In this document: positions 11,676 to 23,407 of the stretch, in pieces
Layout of the letters: each line of letters opens with the position of its first letter
Position numbering within the stretch: position 1 is the stretch's first letter
Assembly (NCBI GenBank): GCA_003990765.1
Contig: RBNJ01000292.1
Location: forward strand, 1 to 33,930
Length of the DNA stretch: 33,930 nt
Source of the DNA: Jimgerdemannia flammicorona
Lineage: Eukaryota
Reading direction: 5' to 3'
Translations under genes and position numbers: made by a program
Notes under the pieces: generated by a model
Told to the model about the DNA's origin: nothing
What the model saw: only the letters and a program-made list of their open reading frames with translations
The model's database searches: none

Positions 11676-12139
11676 TAACATGAATCAGAGGAATAAGATA
11701 TTTGATCACAATATCTGAATTTGATTTCCAAATATAGTATAGCCCAGATAGTAGTCATTTCACAAATGTTAAAGTTTTCATAAATATTAAACTATTTACA
11801 AATGTTAAACTCTTTGATAATTGTCAAAAATTTAACAGATGTCAAGAATTTAACACTTGTGAAAGAAATGACTCATAGGAAATATAGTCATAACTTAGCC
11901 ATCTCATAGCTAGCAAAACTTGTATAAATAACCTAGTATCTTAGAGTGAATAAAGCCTCAGATTGAAATAGTTCAAAGCAAAGAGATAACAAAGGAACTA
12001 ATAAGTCTGTTGACAGATATACTTCAAACTCACCCACCCTCCCCTGCAACTCAAAGGACTCTGCAAGAGTCAGAACAGTCAAGTTCTCAAGATATAGAAA
12101 TCTGATATACTTTCAAGAGTAAGCATCTACTATATTACA
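11654..12139 (+). repeat. 3' LTR of element A
   Basis: TGTGACAG...ATTACA, 486 bp, followed by the CTAT TSD. Confidence 0.95.
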
Positions 12140-12801
12140 CTATATAACTAAAGAGTCTAGATTATTACTTTTGAGATAAAAAAATATAAATAAATAGAGC
12201 TCCATCTCTAAAGATATTAGAAGACTATAAAATAGAGTTACTAATTATTAGAATTAAAGTAAATATAACTGAGAAAGTTTATCTATATTTTTTATCTTGA
12301 GTAAATATTCTATAAAGAGACAGATTCTTCTCATTAAATAAATATAGTAAATCTAAATGATAATATTATCTAGATAATATAAAGAGTTTTATTTATTTAT
12401 TTATATTAAGACTATATAACTCCTTTAGTATTAATTATTAATTTAAAAAGTGAAGAGAACTATTTTGTATTTATAGTAGTTAATAAATTATCTCTATTTT
12501 ATCTAAATTTATATATATCTTATATATAAAGAGTAGTTTTGTTTTAATAAGATATAATGATCTCAAAGTCTTATCTATAGTTATTTATATATATTTATAT
12601 TAATAGTAACTTTATAAGAAGTATGTAATTAATCATTTTACTTAACTAATTTATTAAATTACTATTATAAATTTATTTAAAATTTTATTGAAATAGTTAT
12701 AAATATTAGAATAGTAACTCAATATATCAATATATAATTATATTATTCTATTAGTTTTATATCATTTATCAGTAATATGTGAAATATATAACCTATATAA
12801 C

Positions 12802-13697
12802 TTTTTTTTTTTTTTTTACAGACTAGGAGTTCTATAGATTTTTATTAGAAGGGAACCTAGACTATATAGGCCAAAACTCTCTCCCACCGCCTATCAAGCA
12901 CTGCCCTCCCATTAATCTAGGCTAGCTATTATCTAGTAGCTCAATCATACTAGGTACAGCAGGGCCTATAGTAGCCTATATCTCATTCTATATACCATAT
13001 TCTCCCAGCTATCAGAGGGAACTCAGCTATATACTAATAACTGAAAGTGTATGCCTGAAACTCCAATATATGTATAAGGTTATGCTCAAGCTGAATAGAA
13101 TAGCTTCTATCACCCTAAGAAGAATAATAGGTAAAGAAAAAACTCTCATCAAAGTATATCACAGTAGATAGGGCCTAGTTCTTCCAGATAAGGTAAGTAA
13201 AGAACTTAAATACCCTACTACTCAAGCTTGTCAGTCTTGATCATATTGCTATATCAGCTCTTAGTTCCAGTTAAGTATAGCCAAGATATCTGAAATAGAT
13301 AGTCTTGGGCCCCTCAACCCTCTTCAATAACTGAGGCCTAACCCTACATATTATTAAAAGAAGCTAAAAGTGACACCTATCACTTAACTACTTTATGCCA
13401 ATCAAAAGGCCCCACCAAAGCAGTACTTATACTAGTCCTGATAACTGCCCCCAGTCTGGCATCCTACTGGTTCACTATTATTGTTCTTTCTCCTATCTGT
13501 GATAGCTATCTTTTCTCTCATCCTGATAATACTCAAAAAACAGTCACCTATACTAGAACTACACTTACCTGAAAGCTTGCCAAAGCCAGAGAGCCCCACT
13601 ATAGATACCAAGAATCTGTATATAACCTATACTGGATACTTAATACCCAAGGTCAGCCAATTCTCTATATAATCTATAATGTACCAAAACAACATCT
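12802..13697 (-). mobile_element. 3' end of a decayed polyadenylated retroposon (probably a LINE), cut by the Copia insertion
   Basis: T16 at 12802-12817 with a minus-strand AATAAA at 12841-12846; GC is higher than the left flank; no diagnostic protein motif recovered. Confidence 0.5.
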
Positions 13698-13997
13698 TGT
13701 TGATAATAGCAAAAGAAAGAAGGTGCTGCATCAAAATGAGTATATTCCAGATATAGCTGAAGGCATCAGTAACTGTAAAAAAAGTAGAGAAGACATTAAT
13801 TAAATACTAATAAAAGGGCAACTCATCACTATTGCCTCCCTCCTACTACTCTATAACAGATATAGCAAATTAACTTAAGATAGAGAAAGTATTAATTATG
13901 GAAAGTAGACTCAGAAAATTATCTACCAAACTATTGTAATCAGTAAGATAGCAGAGAAATGAGTATTAATAAAGTATCTCTTTCTCTCTTTATAATA
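13698..13997 (+). repeat. putative Copia 5' LTR
   Basis: Starts TGTTG and ends TAATA (decayed CAACA); followed by GATTATAAGTCT (14000-14011), readable as the Copia PBS GGTTATGAGCCC after transitions. No partner LTR in the window. Confidence 0.6.
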
Positions 13998-14069
13998 AAG
14001 ATTATAAGTCTTATAATATTAAATAGCTATAATATATAAATATATTTCTTTAAATACACTTTACTAGAA

Positions 14070-16069
14070 ATGTCAGATGACCAGCCTAGTGATATAAGTA
14101 TAGAAATAGATATACTAATTATGAGTATTTTAGCAATATAAGTTCTCATTAATATCATAAATATAATCATAACAATAGATATAGGAAATATAGTCTTAGT
14201 TATAAGTATAAATATAGCCAAGAGGTCTATTCTAATCTTAGATAGGAAAGATTATATGATCTGAACATTCTATATGATAAATCTCCTTGATAAATATAGC
14301 TTTATAGAGTATATGAAGTCATAAGTACTGATTCAAGATTATAATACCATAAATGACTATTGAGCATTATAAGAGATTATATTCATATTATCAAACTCTC
14401 AAATGAAACCATAATATATATAATAACTACTCATGAGGTACTCTATATAATTATTATATACAAATATCTATATCAAATCAATTTAATCTGAAATCTCAGC
14501 TATTTAGTCTATAAATGAAGCCTAAGGAGACTATCTATAAATATGTCAGTTATATTGATGATCTGATGAATCAGGTAAATTCTCTAAGCACATTAGTATA
14601 GTATATAAGTGATAAAGACAAGGTCTTGGCTCTTATAAAAAACCTCTCCAAAATGTATCATATCATAGTAGTAGCTATATAGAAGAGTGGCAAACTTATA
14701 AACTATACCTATATAATAATGAGTCTCATAAATAAGGAAATGTACCAAGGAAACAGTGCTGCTGATGATGATGAAAACATATTCTATAAGTCCCACAGAT
14801 ATAGTAGTATCAAATGAGGTCAAAAGTATAGATAACAATAAGACCAATAAATTCAAACCCAAGCTCAACAATGAGATAATAACTAGTCCACACAATCATC
14901 TAAGTATAATAGTTACTATGAGTACTATAGCAAATATAGATATAGGAAATATAATTATTATTACTAGAAAAATAATAAAAAGAGTAGTAAAAATAATAAG
15001 TAATAATGTGAAAGCTGGTATTAGTAATATGGAGATAGCAGAAAGATCTATTGAAGCAAAAAAAAAGTATGACAATATAAATACCACCAAAACTGATAAA
15101 AATAGTAGTATGTTCTTTATACAAGCAATATATATAGATTATAGTTTTACTGTCAAATCTACTAACCTATCATCTATGAATTCCAGTCAATAGCAAAACA
15201 CTTTTCACTCAATAAAAAGTAGTAATAATATAAGTACTGCCAGTAATAAATATATTATAAATATAGCTAATAATAACAATGTCTAACTAATAGATTCTAG
15301 AGCTATGCAATATATGACACTATATAGAAAATAGTTCTCTATATATAAGTCTTTTGAATACTCTATACTTATTAAACTAAAAGATAATAATATCATCTAT
15401 ACTCAAGAAAAAGAAAATATAGAGATACATCTTCATAGTAATATTATAGAATCTACTGATACCTTCTTAGATATACTATATACTTTAGAAATTAGCAAAA
15501 ATATCTTTTTAATAGAGAAGATAATATTATGTAGTAATAAAGAAATATATATATATATAAAAGATATAATAGTATATATGATATTGAACTAATAATAGTC
15601 TCAAAATGTGACAATCTTTATATATATAATCAATTAGATACTGAATAGTATAAGAACCTCTATATATATAATAACTATATCTAATATATCTAATATATAA
15701 TATTAATACTTAGGATATATTAGCAAATCAAGCCTTAGAAAGATGATTCAAAGTAGCTTAGTGAATGAACTACTGATATATATATCTGGAGGATGACTTT
15801 TACAAAGCATATATAGAAAACAGGACATTCTGATGACTATTTAAAGAATAATTGAAATATGTCTTGGGGATCCTAAATCTTATCTATACTAATACATATA
15901 TATAGCCCTATATATACTATCATATTCTAGAAAGAAGTATTTTATTATATTTATTGATAATTATATATATAAAGTATTTCTATTGATAAAAAGCAAAGCC
16001 TTGGAAAAATTCAAAGAATTCAAAGTGATTATCCAGAATGAGATAAGATATAGAGTACATGCTATATGA
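14070..16069 (+). pseudogene. Copia gag, protease, GAG-pre-integrase and integrase N-part
   Basis: LDRKDYMI*TFYMINLL; NLKSQLFSL*MKPKETI...ISDKDKVLALI (UBN2-type gag); V*LIDSRAMQYMT (~15281, from WLIDSGAT.HMT); *Y*YLGYIS (WH.RLGH); KKYFIIFIDNY; KSKALEKFKEFK. Confidence 0.85.
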
Positions 16070-16538
16070 TATAATATAGCAGATGCTTACTCTTGAAAGT
16101 ATGTCAGATTTCTATATCTTGAAAACTTGATCTTCTCTGACTCCTCAGAGTCCTTTGAGTTGTAGGAGAGGGGGTGAGTTCAAAGTATATCTGCCCATAG
16201 GCTTACTAGTTCCTTTGCTATCTCTTTGCTTTTGAACTATTTCAATCTGAGGTTTATTCACTCTAAGATACTGGGTTATTTATATAAGTTTTGCTAACTA
16301 TAAGGTGGCTAAGTAATAGCTTATTTTACAAGTGTTGAATCTTTTAATATCTGCTAAGATTTCACTGATTGTGAAGATTCTAACATCTCTTAAATCTTTG
16401 CAAATGTTAAAGTTTCTGCACTTTGCAGAATATGGCTGCTATTTATGAGGCTAAGCTATATTGGGAATCAGATTCAGGTACCATGATCAAATGTCCAATT
16501 TCCTTGTTTCATATTACTAATTTGGATCAGCCATCATA
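16070..16538 (-). repeat. 3' LTR of element B
   Basis: Same length as and colinear with 22310-22778; the PPT abuts at 16539. Confidence 0.93.
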
Positions 16539-17041
16539 TCTTCCTCCTGAATAGGTGATTCATCTTGGGAGCATCCTATTCACTCGAATTCCCAGACTTC
16601 TACAATTTGTATTTTCTTATACTGTATGATTTATATCATTATATCCTTCCAATATTGTCTCTTGATATATCCAAAGTCTCCTAGAGTTACTCCTCAGAAA
16701 TGGGCTAAGGCTGACTTGTCGTCTTTAAATAACTTGTGCACTCTTTTTACAATTGTGATCTGAGTGTAATAGAGCTGACATTCTCTGATCCAGTCTTCTT
16801 TTCCCATCTTTGGTCTTGAATTCAGTAGCTGTCCCAACTTGAAGTATTCCTAAAACTCAGTTTGGTTCTGGTAGGTCTTGAAATATGAGATTTATGATAA
16901 GTGTGTTTGCACTATACTCTGGATACTATCAAAGGATTCTTCTATTATTGGTGGCTCGGTGGAACACTACTGTCTTTTGATGGCTCACTGGGCTACACTA
17001 GTAATTCTGAGGGCAGCAGTATTACTTCATTGACTGGTCAT
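16517..17041 (-). pseudogene. element B ORF3 (~174 aa, unknown product)
   Basis: ATG at 17041 overlaps the end of pol; 175 codons without frameshift to a TAG inside the LTR; internal stops are reversible by single transitions. Confidence 0.65.
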
Positions 17042-20000
17042 GATACTTCTTGAGTCAGTTTCAGTGGATAGTAGTGGAGATGATTGTGCCTGAGAGTTTT
17101 CATACCCAAAAGGTGGTTCCTTTTATATCTTGCACAAGGTAAGGTCCTTCCCACTTGGGCTCCAGTTTTCATGACCATGAGACTTCTACCATGTTCTGAT
17201 ACACTAGGACTTTGTCTCCTATCTTAATAATCTCCAGGGCTTGTGGGTTTTTTTCCACATTCTTCCATTGTAATGCCTGTGCCTTCATTATATAATCCTC
17301 AGCCTTCTTTCTGATTTGGTGTAGTCTCTGTATTTCTCCATCCACATGTCTCCATATAGCATCTTCATTAGACAATAGGATTTCTCAAGAACTTTCTTCT
17401 CCAAACAGCATCTCTCGAGGGGTAAAGTGGGTACTTTGTGATCTGATATCCCAGAGAGCAGATAATGCTATTGGCAGATAGTGATCCCAGTTTTCATAGT
17501 TATCATAGATCTTGGCAATAACATTCTTGAGGGTCTTCTTGGTCCTTTCTGCTTGTCCATTTCCTTGGGGATAATAGGCTGTGGTCCAAATATACTGGAT
17601 CTTGTACTTCTTGTAGAGAATCTCAAAGAACTGGTTTATGAATTCTGTTCCTTTATCTATAGTTACTTGCATTGGAGTCTTGAACCAGCAGATGATTTCT
17701 TTGTGGAAGAAATCAGTGATTGACTGTGCATTGGCTTCCTTGAGGGGTCCTGCTTCTACCCATTTTGTAAAAAGGTCTATGATAACAATAATATATTGGT
17801 TACCAGTCAGGGTCAAGAGTAGAGGGCCAATTACATCCATTGCTATGTGGGCAAATGGTACTGGTTCTATATGTGCTGATCCTGGGGCTTGGTTTTATTG
17901 GTCTTGTTTCTGTTTCTGGCATTTGTCACAGGTTTCTGATATCTTTCTCTATTCCTGGCCACCATATCATTCTTCTTGCCTTTTCATATATATTCATTCC
18001 TCCTAGATGGCCAAGTTTATGTACTGATTTCATTGTTTGCTCCTTCTTGTGTTCTGGTATGACTAGTAGTTTTCCTTTCTTCAGTATTTGTCTGTCAGTT
18101 TTGAATTGTTTCCATGTTCTGTTGATAATCATTTGCATCCATTCTTCCAGATATTGGGGCATCTTTCACTGTCCCAGATATGTGATAATTCCATAGTAGA
18201 GCTCCTTATTCATAATTGATTTGTTGGTTGGAGATATTTCAAGGTATCCATGAGAGAGCATCTACATTAGAATTTGTTCTTCCAGAGCAGTGTACAATGG
18301 TTACATCATAGACTTATAGCTTCATTATCCATCTGGTGTAGATTCCTTTGAGTTGTTTGGTTATCAGTAGCCAGGTGAGAGCTGAGTGGTCTGTCTGGAT
18401 GGTGAAGTATCTTTCAGCCAGATAGTAGTGGAACTTTTCCACAGCCCAGATAACTGCAAGGCATTCCAACTTGTAGGATTCATATTCTTTTTCAGCTCCT
18501 TGAGTTCCATGGCTAAGGTATATAATAATGTACTCTTTTTTGTCTTTCTTTTGAGCTAGGACTGCTCCTAGTCTCTGTGTACTTACGTCTATCTACAGAA
18601 TGAATTCTTGAGTCCAATTGGGTCATCTAAGGATAGGTGCCTGAGTTAGTCTGATCTTGAGTTCATCAAATGCTTTTTGTTGTCTGTCAGTCCACTGGAA
18701 CTTAGTATTCTTCTTATTGAGTTCATAGATTGGGCCTGTGATGTTAGAGAATCCTCTAATAAATCTGCAATAGTAGAAGGCAAGTACCATGAAGGCTTGA
18801 GCTTCTGTAACAGTAGTGGGCCTTGGGTATGCTGCTACCACTTATATCTTGAGTGGGTCTGTATATATTCCATCTCGATTGATAATATGGCCAAGGTAGG
18901 AGATCTTGATTTCTGCAAACTTGCACTTCTTGAGTTTGATGTAAAGGCCATATTGTCTTAGTCTCTCTATTATCTACTATATATGCTGCAGATGTTCCTC
19001 AGGTGTCTTGCTGTAGATAATTACATCATCGATATAGACCATCATCTATCTTCCCATATCATAGTAGAAGATTTTGTTCATCATTCACTGAAAGCTTGCT
19101 GGTGTATTGCACATCCTGAATGGCATTCATAGGTAGATGTAGGTTCCATCTAGGGTGATGAAGGCTGACTTTTCACTTACCATCTCTGTGAGTCCAATTT
19201 GGTGGAATCCCAAGTATAAGTCCAAGGTGCTGTAGTACTGTACTTCGTCTCCCAGTATTATAAGGATGTCACTGATGAGGGGCAGTGGTTGGCGATCCTT
19301 CTTGGTAACTGCATTGAGCTTTCTGTAGTCAACACAGAGTTTTGGGGCGAATTCTCTAGGTTTGCTTCCTTTTTTTAGGGCTAGTACAACTGGTGAAGAC
19401 CAGGGGCTGCTGGCTTCTTTAATAATACCAGCTTCTTCCATCTGCTTGATTTCTTCTCTGAGCCATTCTCAGTAGGCTGGTGGGACAGGTCTTGCCTTCT
19501 GGTAAATTGGTTCGGTGTCTCCAGTATCTACCTCATGATAGTAGTGTGGAGTCTTTCTCTTGATATCCTTGAAATCTGTGGCAAGGATATCCTCGAATTC
19601 GTGGAGTATTTTCTTGAGTTCCTCCTTGAGTGGGAATTCATTTCCAATGGTGTAACTGTGCTTGTTTGTGATTTCCTCCTTCTTATACTCCAGTTCAGTG
19701 ATCTTGATACTGGTGAATACTCCTCTTCCTATGGATCCGAACCCTTTCTTTTCTCTTTTTGTTTCCTCCAAATTCTTAACTTCTATGATCCTTGGTTGTG
19801 GGATTGGAAAGATCAACATCTGTACCAATCAGTCCTTCTTTTTGACCAGGAATGGAATTGTAGGATTGTGATTCCTAACAATGAGCAGGATTTCTCTAGT
19901 ATAGTCAGAATCGATGACTCCTCCTTCAATCGTAATTTTGCTTCTGGCCAGGCTAATTCTTGTCTTGAGGATCCTGACATGATCCTTTGGGATAGTCATC

Positions 20001-22195
20001 TCCAGTCCAGTTGCAAGTAGGGTAGTTATTTGGGGTTCTAGTATAGCTTCTTCTACTGTGGCAATGTCCATTCCAGCTGTATTTTCCGACTTGTATTCTG
20101 GCAAGACTGCATCAGAGTGGGTCCTTCAGATCTTGACCTTAATTTCTTCTTCATCATTGCTATCCTCCAGGAGGGCAGGTGGTTCATTATCTTCCTTCTT
20201 CTTTTTTTCTCTGATCTGTTTTTTGAGAGCTTTCTGTCTTCTTTCCTGGTGGATTTTCTTGATTCTGATGGTACACTGATAGCAATCATTGACATGCTCC
20301 ATACAGTATATCTTGATCCTGTGAGGACAGACTCCTTGTGGTGTATAGTCTTCTGTGATCTTCTTGTACCATTCTTCTTCACTCATTCATCCTACTTTCC
20401 TCTTCAGAATAGTTACCATATAAGCTTCCTCCTGCTCGCTCTCTTCTTCCTCTATGTCAGGCAAGACTTCTTTGTTGACATTGATGGGAATTCATATCCT
20501 CTGTCCTTGGTAGGTGATTTGTATCTTCTGGGCATTGAGATTGATTACTGCCCTGGCTTTATAAAGCCATTGATTGCTGATGAGGATGTCATAGTTGGTG
20601 GCATTGGTTACAATCATGTCTACTGGGATGGTTGCTCCTCCAATCTTGATGAGAACATCTCAGATCTTTCCCAGAGGGGTGGCTCTTGTGCCATCTGCTA
20701 TGACAAACACCAACTTGGTTGCTTCTTCAACCTCCCAACCTAGGCAGTCTGCTGTCTTCTTGCTGAAAAGACATTCTTCTGCTTCAGTATTGATGATGGC
20801 TTCAAAGACTCTATCTTCGATTTGGCATATTACATAGGCAGAGGTTTTGCGATTGTCTTCACTTTCTTCTCCTGAGTTCTCTTGAATATTATTGGCCTTG
20901 GTTATCTTCCATCCTTACTCCTTGGTTGTTTTGGCAAGTCCAAACCTCATTTGTTGTCTGAATATTGGGATTTCTGTGAGCTGACCAAAGGTTGCATAGA
21001 TCTTTTGTTGGCTAAGGTCCTTAAAGATATTGTACTTAAAAGTCTTGGTCTTGTGAAGTTTCTTTTCTTTTTCTCCTTCACTGGCTGGAGTAGTTCCTCA
21101 GATAATATCTTGAACTGCTTACTCCAGCTCTATATCTTGGTCCATCTCTTCAGCTTGGCTTTTGGTGGCTGTTTCCATCTACTTTTCTACTGGGTTCTTC
21201 TTGGGTCTTTCTGGTGATCTCTTGTAGGGTTCCTTGTGAACATCCTTCTTGGTAGTCTGAGCAGGATAGACCTCCTATTCTTCTTCATTAGAATCTCCAA
21301 TTTCCTCGAAGGTAATTATATTGGCCTGCTCCTTGTTTTGTATAGTATTGCTTAGTTGAGCCTTGTACTTAGTTTCACTCATGCATTCATAGGAGTAGTG
21401 GCCTTCTTCTCCGCAAGTATAGCAGGTGCCTTTCTTCTTATCTGAGGTGGCAGCAAACTTCTGGACAGGGTGGCAGTCTCTTCCTCTGATCTCCTTTACT
21501 ACATCCCCCAAGTGAGCAGTCATTTCTATGAATCTCTTGGTAAGTTCCTCCAAAGGGTCACTGTTCTTTTGCTGCTCTGTAGCTTTAGACTGAGGTGTGT
21601 TTCAATTGATCATTATGGTGGGGATCACACTGGTTGACTTAGGTGCCTTGATTCTGACTCCTGTAACTCTCTCCATTATATAGTCTTGTGAGTATCTGGC
21701 TATCCAGTATTACTGAGCATAGGTGACCTTCTGTGGTAGATCCAGATTCACTGGTGATGAGTGGATGGCCATAGCTATTTCTGGGTGGACTCCTTTTATA
21801 AAGGTTGCTTTGGCTACTTGATCTCAGATAGCAGCAGCATAATCTGCAAGAATTATCTGATATCGAATTCTGATATAAAATGTGTTTGGATCCTCACTTA
21901 TTTCTTATCATGTTGTGTTGAGCTGATCCTTTAGGACTTGCTTGATCTCATCTGTATAATATATATTTTGGAGCCAGGTCTTCTGTACTGTCAGTATAGT
22001 ATTGGTATCATTTTCTGCATGAGTTGTGGCTATGAATGCTGCTCTGACAGGACCTCATAGGCTGAAGGGCATGAGGGCTACTTGCTGTATTGCTGTCAGA
22101 GTCCTTACAGTGGTATACTGCTTGAAATCATCAATGAAGGTGATGATTGATTCATCTGAGGTATATTCATAGAATACTGGTAGTCTCATATCCAT
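17022..22195 (-). pseudogene. element B gag-pol polyprotein (gag, CCHC, PR, Zn motif, dUTPase, RT, RNase H, integrase with GPY/F; no chromodomain seen)
   Basis: CYTCGEEGHYSYEC; PWSSPVV; FQWTDRQQKAFDELK; HKLGHLGG; MDVIGP, DKGTEF and TAYYPQGNGQAER; KLEPKWEGPY. One frame from 22195 to ~18620, with frameshifts later. Confidence 0.95.
19727..20143 (-). pseudogene. dut: dUTPase domain in element B polyprotein
   Basis: AGMD, RISLA, GGVIDSDYTRE, LVQML and REKKGFGSIG. Confidence 0.93.
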
Positions 22196-22309
22196 CTTGT
22201 CTAGGTATTGGGGCTTGGTTTATATGGTTGTTCAGGTAGGGGTAGTTGTTTGTTGTTCAGCTTGAAAGTGAGGAATTTGTCTTGAATTACCAGCCAATGG
22301 GCACTAAGT

Positions 22310-22778
22310 TATAATGTAGTGGATGCTTACTCTTGAAAGTATGTCAGATTTCTGTATCTTGAAAACTTGATCTTCTCTGACTCCTCAGAGTCCTTTGAGT
22401 TGCAGGGGAGGGGGTGAGTTCAAAGTGTATCTGCCCACAGGCTTACTAGTTCCTTTGCTATTTCTTTACTTTTGAACTATTTCGATCTGAGGTTTATTCA
22501 CTCTAAGATACTGGGTTATTTATACAAGTTTTGCTAACTATAAGGTAGTTAAGTAATGGCTTATTTCGCAAGTGTTGAATCTTTTAACATCTGCTAAGAT
22601 TTCGCTGATTGCAAAAATTCTAATATCTTCTAAATCTTTGCAAATGTTAAAGTTTCTGCACTTTGTGGAATGTGGCTGCTATTTATGAGGCTAAGCTATA
22701 TTGGGAATCAGATTTAGATACTACAATCAAATCTCTAATTCCCCTATTTCATGTTATTAATTTGGATCAGCCATCACA
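22310..22778 (-). repeat. 5' LTR of element B
   Basis: Minus-strand TGTGATGG start at 22778; PBS follows at 22306-22291. Confidence 0.93.
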
Positions 22779-22782
22779 ATAA

Positions 22783-23220
22783 TTAGATAATAAATATAAA
22801 AATATCAATAATATATTCAGGCAGTTTTTGAAAAAATATAATATATATATATCTCATTAAATAATAGTACTCTATATATCTCAGCAGAATAGTATAGCTG
22901 AGTAATTTAACTGTATGATCATTGAAATGGCTTGAATGATAATCAATTCTATTAGATTATTGTATTTTTACTAGATTGAAGTCATTAATATAGTAGTATA
23001 TATATATAATTAGTGCATTTCTCAAGTACTGAGTAACAATTTCGGCAATAATAAGTATTTCAGAGATGATAATCTTACCTCTGAAGAATTATACAGTAGA
23101 ACCAAGCCTGATGTATCATATGTATCTATATATATTCAGATGTAATATATATGTCTTCAATATGAGCAATATCAATCAATATAAATTTGAACTGAAAGCT
23201 AGTATATAATTCTGAGAAAA
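22783..23220 (+). pseudogene. Copia integrase core, C-part (resumes after element B)
   Basis: LDN (RSDNG motif split by B); YISQQNSIAE*FNCMIIEMA (PYTPQQNG.AER.NRT); ELYSRTKPDVS; IFRC; KFELKA. Confidence 0.85.
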
Positions 23221-23407
23221 GAGAGAAAATGGTTCAAAGATCTATATAGATATATTGATCAAGATATCTATATCAATGTTCTAGTCAGTACAAATATAAT
23301 ACTCAAAGTAACCATTACTAATCTCTTCAGTAGTTAATCAAAATTATTTTCAACCACTATATGAGTCTGAGTCAGAGTTATCTGAGCTAAGAATAATAAA
23401 GATCAAA

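Larger units (their letters stand above)
1331..12139 (+). mobile_element. Ty3/Gypsy LTR retrotransposon A (dUTPase-bearing, LINE-interrupted, internally deleted)
   Basis: Two colinear 486-bp TG...CA LTRs; 4-bp TSD CTAT at 1327-1330 and 12140-12143; PBS and PPT present; gag CCHC, protease DTG, dUTPase and RT YVDD lie in one frame. Confidence 0.95.
16070..22778 (-). mobile_element. Ty3/Gypsy LTR retrotransposon B (structurally complete relative of A)
   Basis: 469-bp LTRs at 16070-16538 and 22310-22778; TSD ATGA (16066-16069) / ATAA (22779-22782); PBS, PPT and gag-PR-dUT-RT-RH-IN. Confidence 0.95.
13698..23407 (+). mobile_element. decayed Ty1/Copia element (5' LTR, gag, protease, integrase); interrupted by B and D, with RT and 3' LTR not in the window
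   Basis: Domain order is gag-PR-IN; motifs are given in the sub-features. Confidence 0.85.

Noticed and set aside
12784..13632. TATATAACCTATA shared by ~12785-12797 and ~13619-13631 as a TSD
   Set aside because: It does not abut the poly(T) and is low complexity; the element more plausibly continues to the Copia junction.
14593..15193. Ile/Asn-rich ORFs on both strands
   Set aside because: By-products of AT-drifted Copia gag; the true frame is stop-ridden.
17481..21217. Hydrophobic plus-strand ORFs over B, and matching minus-strand ORFs over A (8695-10668)
   Set aside because: Antisense of purine-rich gag-pol; their recurrence simply reflects A/B homology.
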